From Gemmatimonadaceae bacterium (lineage in GTDB: Bacteria > Gemmatimonadota > Gemmatimonadetes > Gemmatimonadales > Gemmatimonadaceae), in assembly GCA_035524735.1 (NCBI GenBank), contig DATKOH010000121.1, forward strand, positions 1 through 49,425: DNA of 49,425 bases. The letters are read 5' to 3'. The notes beneath the pieces were generated by a model that saw only the letters and a program-made list of their open reading frames with translations, was not told where the DNA came from and made no database searches. Positions 42,782-49,425 of this stretch are shown here, piece by piece; position 1 is the stretch's first letter; each line of letters opens with the position of its first letter. A program made the position numbers and the translations under genes.

Positions 42782-43887
42782 GGTACCCTCTTGTTCGTCA
42801 GGGGAATGGACGCGATGACGCGTGTCCCCGCGCCCGCCGAACTCACGATCTCCAACGAGCCATCCACCAGCGCGGTGCGTTCCCGCATGGAGAAGAGCCC
42901 CATGCCGGGCCGCCGCCGTTCGGCCTCATCGAGGTCGAATCCCACGCCATCATCGGCCACTTCGAGCACCGCGCGCTGGGGGGTCGCGTCGAGCTGGACG
43001 CGCACCTTCGCCGCGCGCGAGTGCCGCACCGCGTTCGCGAGCGCTTCCTGCGCCACGCGGTAGAGCACGCTGCCGGCCGCGGGGGGCACCGGATAGGGCG
43101 CCATCTCGTCGCCGGCCAGCACTTCGATGTCCATCCCGGAGGCCGCGCGCGTGCGCCGCACGAGCCACTCGAGCGCCGCCACGAGTCCGAGATCGTCGAG
43201 CACCCGCGGGTGCACCGTGTGCGAGAGCACGCGCACCTCCTCGAGCACCGCGGCCGCGGTGCCGCGGATCTCCTCCAGGCGCGCCGCGAGGGCCGGATCG
43301 CGCTCGTCGCGCGCCGCCGCCGCGAGCTGCAGGACGAGCGCCGTGAGCGTCTGCGCGCTCGAGTCGTGCAGCTCGCGCGCGATGCGCGCGCGCTCCTGGT
43401 CCTGCGCGCTGATCACGGCGGAGGCCAGCCGGCGCGACTGCTCGCGGTCGGCCACGAGGCCGTCGAGCAGGAGGTTGATCGCGCCGCCCACGCGCATCAT
43501 GTCGCGGTCGGCCACGGGCGAAGGGCGCACGCGCGCCTCGAGGTCGCCCCGCCAGACCTGCCCGGCGGTCGCCTCCAGGTCGCGCAGCGGGCGGAGCGCG
43601 ATGCGCACGAGCACGAGGTTCGCCACGAGTCCGGCGAAGAGGGTGAGCGTCATCGCGACGAGCACCGGCCGGTGCGCCTCGGGGAGCTCCGACCAGAGCA
43701 CCACGCTCGCCGCGAGCACGATCAGCAGGTTCGCCCCCGCGATCTTCCCCCACAGCGGGACGCGCAGGAAGCCGCGCATCCAGCGCGGCAACGAGCCCTC
43801 CCCGTCGGGGAGCACGTCGCGCAGCGCGGGATTCCCCGAGCTGATCCCCAGGTTCGCGGCGGCCATTCGAGTGGTGGTGCCTCCCAT
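42778..43887 (-). CDS. Sensor histidine kinase (HAMP, HisKA_3, HATPase_c)
   Basis: 369-aa track ORF with two TM helices. The H-box is RIARELHDSSAQTL, followed by an N/G-box region (EALANAVRHS, DDGVGF, GMGLFSMRER). It has a 4-nt overlap with the regulator gene. An alternative start is at 43866. Confidence 0.9.
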   Translation of the reverse strand: MGGTTTRMAAANLGISSGNPALRDVLPDGEGSLPRWMRGFLRVPLWGKIAGANLLIVLAASVVLWSELPEAHRPVLVAMTLTLFAGLVANLVLVRIALRPLRDLEATAGQVWRGDLEARVRPSPVADRDMMRVGGAINLLLDGLVADREQSRRLASAVISAQDQERARIARELHDSSAQTLTALVLQLAAAARDERDPALAARLEEIRGTAAAVLEEVRVLSHTVHPRVLDDLGLVAALEWLVRRTRAASGMDIEVLAGDEMAPYPVPPAAGSVLYRVAQEALANAVRHSRAAKVRVQLDATPQRAVLEVADDGVGFDLDEAERRRPGMGLFSMRERTALVDGSLEIVSSAGAGTRVIASIPLTNKRVP

Positions 43888-44147
43888 TGCGTTCGACCCT
43901 GCGGCTCCGGAGCGCGAGCGGCGCTCCCGTCGGCAAGGGAAAGCTCTCGTCGGGGAAGGGATTACCGGAGCAGGGTCAACCCTTAATCGTGTAAGGGGAA
44001 ATACTACAGACCGCGGAGCCCCATGGGGAGGGGGGATGGGCCGCTAACTCATGCGTGGCAACGAGTTATCCACGGGTGAGCGGTAGAGCCGGCTCGGCTT
44101 CCCGGGGACCGGTCCCGGGACGCGGGTCCTCCGCGCCGGCACGCCCT

Positions 44148-44858
44148 CTATCCCCTGCCCCCCGGCTCGAGGATCACGATCTTCTGCCAGATCTTGCTCG
44201 ACAGGCCGGTGGTGAGCGACTCGATCTCGTTGACGGCGCCGAGCACGACCTCGTCGTCGAAGCGCTGCACGTAGAGCGCGGAGACCTTGCTCATCAGGGA
44301 GAGGAGCTCGGCCACGTAATCGAGGTAGCGGCCGAGCTCGAAGCGCGTCATGGTGCGCTCGGGGGAGCTCGCGGTGGAGGGGCCGGGGGTGAGGATCCGC
44401 TCGGGGTCCTTGGTGAGCTGGTGCATGTCGGCGATGTGCGCGAGGCTGCGGATCTCGTGCAGGGCGCGGAGCACGCGGCGGCGCTTGATGCGGCGCTCGA
44501 GGCTGACGAGGAAGAAGATGCCGACGCCGAGGAGGACGATGTCGTTCACGCCGGCGTTCACCGCCTGCGCGAAGCTGCCGAAGTCGGAGAAGCTCGCGCT
44601 GAGGTGGAGGGAGGCGAGCGTGCCGCCGAGCATGACGAGGAGCGCGGTGATCAGCGCGCCGACGGCGATGCGGAGGGGCCAGTTGGGGACGGCGACGACC
44701 TGCGCGCGCGCCCACGCATCGAGGGCGATGCCGTGGAGGGCGACGCAGAGCTGGCGGAGATTGGAGTCGGGGAAGCGCTCGGCGACGCGGCGTTCGAGCG
44801 TGTCGATGGTGGCGACGATCTTCGACGCGTCGAGCTCGCGGAACCTCGGCGTGCTCAC
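44148..44858 (-). CDS. Hypothetical membrane protein (two central TM helices)
   Basis: 236-aa track ORF with normal composition. TM segments are IAVGALITALLVMLGGTLASL and IVLLGVGIFFLVSL, flanked by helical soluble regions. I recognise no family. Confidence 0.7.
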   Translation of the reverse strand: MSTPRFRELDASKIVATIDTLERRVAERFPDSNLRQLCVALHGIALDAWARAQVVAVPNWPLRIAVGALITALLVMLGGTLASLHLSASFSDFGSFAQAVNAGVNDIVLLGVGIFFLVSLERRIKRRRVLRALHEIRSLAHIADMHQLTKDPERILTPGPSTASSPERTMTRFELGRYLDYVAELLSLMSKVSALYVQRFDDEVVLGAVNEIESLTTGLSSKIWQKIVILEPGGRG

Positions 44859-44865
44859 GCGGCGG

Positions 44866-45201
44866 TCAGCGCCAGTAGCCCGGCACGAGGTACCAGCCGG
44901 CGTCGGCGTGCGCCCAGACGGCGGGGACCCAGGTCTTCTTCCCCGCGGGGGGGAGCGCCCAGCTGCCGCTGACCCAGACCCAGGCGCTGCCGCGGAGGTC
45001 GTAGTAGCCGGGCTGCCATACGTGGTCGGGGGAGGGGCGGTCGGGCTTCACGTCGATCATCGGGCGGGGCGGCGGGTCCTGCGAGAAGACCGTGCCCGGC
45101 CCCTGCGCGGCGGCGCTCGCGGGGATCGCGAGCGCGGCGCCGGCGAGGATGGCGAGGGTGATGAGGCCGGCGACGAGTCTGGCGACGATCTTCGTGCTCA
45201 T
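44866..45201 (-). CDS. Secreted WXXGXW/YXWGXW-repeat protein
   Basis: 111-aa track ORF. The signal peptide is MSTKIVARLVAGLITLAILAGAALAIPASAAAQ. Repeats are WQPGYYD..SAWVWVSGSW and WVPAVWAH..GWYLVPGYW. It lies 7 nt upstream of the next gene. Confidence 0.75.
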   Translation of the reverse strand: MSTKIVARLVAGLITLAILAGAALAIPASAAAQGPGTVFSQDPPPRPMIDVKPDRPSPDHVWQPGYYDLRGSAWVWVSGSWALPPAGKKTWVPAVWAHADAGWYLVPGYWR

Positions 45202-45344
45202 GGTCCACCTCGGCGTGGGCGGCGGCGGCGGCGCTCGACTGCGTGCAGGATGCGCGCGCGCGGGGCGCGGGTCAATCGGGGGCGCTTCTTCCGCCGGGCG
45301 GTGCAGGCCGTAACTTAGACGGTCCCCCGCCCCGGTCCCTGCCC

Positions 45345-48254
45345 GTGTCCGACGTCTTCCTGGCGAGCCGGCTCCAGAACGCCATCGGCGATGCGTACCG
45401 CCTGGAGCGCGAGCTGCCCGGCGGGGGGATGAGCCGTCTGTTCGTGGCGGTGGAGGCGTCGCTCAACCGGCGCGTCGTGATCAAGGTGCTGCCGCCGGAG
45501 CTGACGAGCGACGTGAGCGCGCAGCGCTTCAAGCAGGAGATCGAACTCGCGGCGCATCTGCAGCATCCGCACATCCTGCCCATCCTCGCGGCCGGCTCGA
45601 AGGACGACCTGCTGTACTACGTGATGCCGTACGTATCGGGGGAGTCGCTGCGGCAGCATCTCGAGCAGGGCGGCCCGATGCCGATCGGCGACGCGGTGCG
45701 GATCCTGCGCGAGGTGGCGGACGCGCTGGCGCACGCGCACCGGAAGGGGATCGTGCACCGCGACATCAAGCCGGAGAACATCCTGCTCGAGGAAGGGCAC
45801 GCGGTGCTGGCGGACTTCGGCGTGGCGCGCGCGATCGACGAAGCGCGGAGCGGGCAGGCGATGCCGCGGGTGACGGGGACGGGGATGAGCGTGGGGACGC
45901 CGACGTACATGGCGCCGGAGCAGGCGAGCGGGGAGCGGCACATCGACGCGCGCGCGGACCTGTACGCGCTGGCGATCGTGGGCTACGAGATGCTCGCGGG
46001 GAAGCTGCCGTTCAGCGCGCCGAGCGCGCAGGCGATGCTCGCGGCGCATCTCACCACGCCGCCGCCGCCGCTCGCGAAGTCGCGGCCGGACGTGCCGTCG
46101 CCGGTGAGCGCGGCGATCGCGAAGGCGCTGGCGAAGGCGCCGGACGACCGGTACCGGACGGCGGAGGAGTTCCGGGACGCGCTGGACCCGGCGGCGGGGG
46201 GGACGGGCGCGGGGGGGGGCGGGCGGCGGCACTCGGTGGCGATCGCGGCGGCGGCGCTCGTGCTGGCGGCGGGCGCGCTGATCGCGACGTGGCGGTCGCG
46301 GCCCGCGCTGCAGGCGGACCTGCTCGCGGTGGCGCCCTTCGACGTGCTCGATCCCGAGCTCAAGCTCTGGCACGAGGGGATGGTGGACGTGCTCTCGCGC
46401 AACCTCGATGGCGCGGGGGAGCTGCGCACGGTGGCGCCGAGCGTGGTGATCCGGAAATGGAGCGGGCGCGCGGACCGCGCGTCGGCGGAGGAGCTGGGGC
46501 GGGCGACCGGCGCGCGCTACGCGGTGTTCGGGTCGCTGGTGCGCGCGGGGGACTCGGTGAAGGCGACGGTGTCGGTGGTGGACGTGCGCACGGGGCGCGA
46601 CCTCGGGCCGGAGATCTCGCGCCAGGACGTGCCCGGCCGCATGGACCGGCTCGCGGACTCGATCACGTTCTCGCTGGTGTCGCAGCTCCAGCCGGGATCG
46701 CAGCGGACCGCGTCGCTGGGGACGAGCTCGCTGCCGGCGCTCAAGGCGTACCTGCAGGGGGAGCAGTTCTACCGGCGCACGGCGTGGGACTCGGCGGTGG
46801 TGTGGTACCGGCGCGCGGTGGACGCCGACAGCGGGTTCGCGCTCGCGAGCGCCGCGCTCGGGACGGCGTACGGCTGGGTGGGCGGGAGCGGCGACACGCT
46901 GAGCGACTTCTACTTCCTGCTGGCCGGGCGGCACAACCACGGGCTCGCGGTCCGCGACAGTCTGATCATCCTGGGCGATTCGCTGGAGGCGGCGCTCACG
47001 CAGCCGCAGTTCGATCCGCTCGACTACCAGCACCGCGTGCGGCTCTTCCGCGCGATGGAGGATCTCACGCGGCGGTATCCCGACGACCCGGCCGGCTGGT
47101 ACGCGCTGGGCGATGCGCGCTTCCACTTCGCGCAGGGGCGGCGCGTGGGCGTGCCGGTGGAGCAGGTGATGGCGGCGTTCGACCGGGCCATCGCGCTGGA
47201 CTCGACGTTCACGCCGTCGTACGTGCACGCGATCGCACTGGCGTACGGGCTCGGCGGGCGCGAGGCGGGGGGGCGGTACGCGGCGGCGTACTTCGCGCAG
47301 CATCCGCGCGGCGTGGACTCGGCGGGGATCGCGCTCGCGGCGCGGCTCGCCGACCCCGCGCTGGCGAGCGCCAGCGAGACGGCGCGCATGATGGCGGCCG
47401 CGTCGAACGACGTGCTGGTCCGGGCGTCCAACGCGCTGGTGGCGTGGTCCGATTCCGCGGAGACCGTGGTGCGCGTCGAACGGCAGCTGTCACCCGCGCG
47501 GCCCACCACCTTCACGAGGTACGGCGACACGGCGTGGCAGCGGCGGCGCCTGTCCCGGGCGGTGACGCTGCGGGGGCACTGGCAGGAGGGGATGGACATG
47601 GCGGGGCGCGCACCGTGGGACTTCGCCGGCGCCGCCATGCTGGGCGCGTTCCCCGCCGACTCGGTGTGGCACGAGTTCGAGCGGCAGGTGCGCCGCGACA
47701 ACGACTCGTGTCCGATGTGCTTCTACAACTACTGGGCGGAGCGCGGCGACACGGCGTCGCTGCAGCGCGGGGCGCGGATGTTCGATGACGCCATGCGGCG
47801 GGTGCCGGACAAGTGGGCGCAGCAATCCCTGCCCTTCCTCACCGCGCTCGAGCGCGCGTACCTGCTGCTCGCGCGACACGACAGCGCCGCCGCGCTCGCG
47901 GCGTTCATCGCCCTCCCCGATTCGCTCTGCTACCAGTGCGGCTTCTACGCGCTGACGCAGGCCGAGCTCCTGCACGCGGCGAAGCGGGACCGCGAGGCGC
48001 TCGGCGTGCTGAACACGGTGGGCACGGACCTGTCGGTCGGCGCGATCGCCATGACGCTCGAGCGCGGGCGGGTGGCGGAGCAGCTGGGGGAGAAGGAGAT
48101 CGCGGTGGACTCGTACCTGCGCGTGGCCGGGATGTGGCAGAACGGCGACGCCTTCCTGCAGCCGTACGTGAAGGAGGCGCGGGAGGGGCTGAAGCGCCTG
48201 GGCGGCGAGCACGCGAAGGGGATCCCGCTGGGCGCCACGCCCGCGTCGCGATAG
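45345..48254 (+). CDS. Membrane Ser/Thr protein kinase with large periplasmic TPR-like region
   Basis: In-frame GTG at 45345 within track ORF 45243..48254, giving 969 aa. Hanks motifs are GGGMSRLF, VIKVL, HRDIKPENILL, DFG and TPTYMAPE. It has a TM helix (VAIAAAALVLAAGALIA). It is a paralog of the kinase at 28881. Confidence 0.93.
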   Translation: MSDVFLASRLQNAIGDAYRLERELPGGGMSRLFVAVEASLNRRVVIKVLPPELTSDVSAQRFKQEIELAAHLQHPHILPILAAGSKDDLLYYVMPYVSGESLRQHLEQGGPMPIGDAVRILREVADALAHAHRKGIVHRDIKPENILLEEGHAVLADFGVARAIDEARSGQAMPRVTGTGMSVGTPTYMAPEQASGERHIDARADLYALAIVGYEMLAGKLPFSAPSAQAMLAAHLTTPPPPLAKSRPDVPSPVSAAIAKALAKAPDDRYRTAEEFRDALDPAAGGTGAGGGGRRHSVAIAAAALVLAAGALIATWRSRPALQADLLAVAPFDVLDPELKLWHEGMVDVLSRNLDGAGELRTVAPSVVIRKWSGRADRASAEELGRATGARYAVFGSLVRAGDSVKATVSVVDVRTGRDLGPEISRQDVPGRMDRLADSITFSLVSQLQPGSQRTASLGTSSLPALKAYLQGEQFYRRTAWDSAVVWYRRAVDADSGFALASAALGTAYGWVGGSGDTLSDFYFLLAGRHNHGLAVRDSLIILGDSLEAALTQPQFDPLDYQHRVRLFRAMEDLTRRYPDDPAGWYALGDARFHFAQGRRVGVPVEQVMAAFDRAIALDSTFTPSYVHAIALAYGLGGREAGGRYAAAYFAQHPRGVDSAGIALAARLADPALASASETARMMAAASNDVLVRASNALVAWSDSAETVVRVERQLSPARPTTFTRYGDTAWQRRRLSRAVTLRGHWQEGMDMAGRAPWDFAGAAMLGAFPADSVWHEFERQVRRDNDSCPMCFYNYWAERGDTASLQRGARMFDDAMRRVPDKWAQQSLPFLTALERAYLLLARHDSAAALAAFIALPDSLCYQCGFYALTQAELLHAAKRDREALGVLNTVGTDLSVGAIAMTLERGRVAEQLGEKEIAVDSYLRVAGMWQNGDAFLQPYVKEAREGLKRLGGEHAKGIPLGATPASR

Positions 48255-48255
48255 C

Positions 48256-49293
48256 GTGCGGAAGATCCTCCTGCTGTCCGGGGCGCTGCTCGCCGCGCAC
48301 CTCGCGCTGCTCCTGGTGCATCCCGCGGGCGCGGCGGCGCCGCCGGCGGCGGGCGGGCTGGACATCGGGATCGTCTTCGACGTGGGCGGGCGCGGCGACA
48401 AGTCGTTCAACGACGGCGCGTACCGCGGCGCGGAGCGCGCGACGCGCGAGTACGGCGCGCGCGTGCACTTCATCGAGCCGGGCGAAGGGAGCGACCGCGA
48501 GGCGGGGCTGCGGCTGCTCGCGGCGGAGCGGATGGGGCTCGTGATCGGCGTCGGCTTCATCTTCACGGACGACCTGACGGGGCTCGCGAAGGAGTATCCG
48601 GACGTGCACTTCGCGGGGGTGGACTACGCGCTGAGCGTGGACTCCGCGGGGCGCGTCATCCCGCCGCCCCCGAATCTCGCGGCGCTCAAGTTCCGCGAGG
48701 AGCAGGGGTCCTTCCTCGTCGGCGCGCTGGCGGCGATGGTGGGCGGCTCGAAGAAGGTCGGCTTCGTGGGCGGCATGGACATCCCGCTCATCCACAAGTT
48801 CGAAGCGGGCTACCGCGCGGGGGTGAAGTACGTCTGCCCCGACTGCACGGTGATCGTGCAGTACGCGGGGGTGACGCCGGAGGCGTTCCGGAACCCGGGC
48901 AAGGGGAAGGAGCTCGCGCTGAGCCAGTACGGGCAGGGGGTGAACGTCATCTTCCACGCGAGCGGTTCGACGGGGCTCGGCGTGTTCGAGGCGGCGCGGC
49001 AGACGGGCAAGCTCGCGATCGGCGTGGACGCCGACCAGTACGACGAAGCGCCGGGGCACGTGCTCACGTCGATGGTGAAGGGGGTGGACGCGGTGGTCTT
49101 CGACCAGATCGGCCGCGTGCGCGCGGGAACGTTCGCGGGGGGGATCTACGAGTACGGGCTCGCCGAGCACGGCGTGGGCTACGTGTACGACGCGCACAAC
49201 CGCGCGCTCATCCCCGACAGCGTGCACGCGAAGCTCGAGGCGCTCGGGGCGCTGATCATCGCGGGGAAGATCCAGGTGCCGAGCACGCGATGA
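48256..49293 (+). CDS. BMP-family (Med/PnrA-like) ABC transporter substrate-binding protein
   Basis: 345-aa track ORF. It has a signal sequence and motifs GIVFDVGGRGDKSFNDGAY, GVGFIF, KVGFVGGMDIPLI and AIGVDADQ. Confidence 0.9.
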   Translation: MRKILLLSGALLAAHLALLLVHPAGAAAPPAAGGLDIGIVFDVGGRGDKSFNDGAYRGAERATREYGARVHFIEPGEGSDREAGLRLLAAERMGLVIGVGFIFTDDLTGLAKEYPDVHFAGVDYALSVDSAGRVIPPPPNLAALKFREEQGSFLVGALAAMVGGSKKVGFVGGMDIPLIHKFEAGYRAGVKYVCPDCTVIVQYAGVTPEAFRNPGKGKELALSQYGQGVNVIFHASGSTGLGVFEAARQTGKLAIGVDADQYDEAPGHVLTSMVKGVDAVVFDQIGRVRAGTFAGGIYEYGLAEHGVGYVYDAHNRALIPDSVHAKLEALGALIIAGKIQVPSTR

Positions 49294-49425
49294 GCGGTGA
49301 GCGCGCGCCGGCGGCGGTGAGCCTCGAGGGGATCGAGAAGCGCTTCGGCGCGGTGCGCGCGAACCGCGGCGCGTCGCTCGTGGTGGCGCCGGGGGAGATC
49401 CACGCGCTCGTGGGAGAGAACGGCG
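49290..49425 (+). CDS. ABC transporter ATP-binding protein, N-terminal fragment (runs off window)
   Basis: The ATG at 49290 overlaps the BMP stop (ATGA). My translation is MSGERAPAAVSLEGIEKRFGAVRANRGASLVVAPGEIHALVGENG, ending at the beginning of Walker A. Confidence 0.8.
   Translation, partial: MSGERAPAAVSLEGIEKRFGAVRANRGASLVVAPGEIHALVGENG

Noticed and set aside
46194-46230. Long G-run (ggggggacgggcgcgggggggggcgggcgg) as a second G-quadruplex element
   Set aside because: It lies inside the kinase coding sequence and simply encodes a Gly-rich juxtamembrane linker (AAGGTGAGGGGRRH). There is no reason to invoke a regulatory role.

Overview
Very GC-rich (by eye about 70-75 percent), densely coding bacterial chromosomal window. 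Gene content suggests a Gemmatimonadota/Acidobacteria-like soil bacterium; this is an inference from the ADOP-type MacB permease, the kinase-TPR paralogs and the DUF1800/DUF1501 pair. I call 45 CDS and 1 disrupted gene. Internal start codons were placed by hand and checked for frame against the ORF track. Main blocks are as follows. (1) A MacA/MacB-like efflux operon (1-4129, minus). (2) A complete nine-gene V/A-type ATPase operon (4491-12548, plus) with six consecutive 4-nt start/stop overlaps. (3) Housekeeping and envelope genes: two beta-lactamase-fold serine hydrolases, an EF-G2-type paralog and an outer-membrane beta-barrel. (4) A signalling-rich stretch with orphan OmpR, AraC/pseudo-receiver, CheY, a stand-alone DHp domain, two Ser/Thr kinase-TPR paralogs and a NarL/HisKA_3 pair. 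(5) rho with a long low-complexity N-terminus. (6) A tightly coupled minus-strand operon crcB-DUF190-PHP-GT39-M20. (7) yyaL-like thioredoxin protein, NicO-type metal transporter, and the start of a BMP/ABC transporter. I recognised no rRNA, tRNA, CRISPR, transposase or integrase. Most long ORFs in the supplied track are Arg/Pro/Ala-rich shadow frames of real genes and were discarded. I did not find a convincing novel multi-gene system such as a defence island. The unusual signals are structural. Two exactly reverse-complementary heptanucleotide arrays, (GCTCGGC)x11 and (GCCGAGC)x17, bracket the oppositely oriented crcB operon. An in-frame amber codon sits at a conserved position of the DUF190 gene in that operon. 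A cluster of GCGGATGA-type ('SAFIRVHPR') repeats partly lies in frame inside a hydrolase gene. Several very small but codon-biased ORFs are also present: a 43-aa Cys-rich lipoprotein, a 49-aa dual-CxxC ORF and an 86-aa DHp-only protein.
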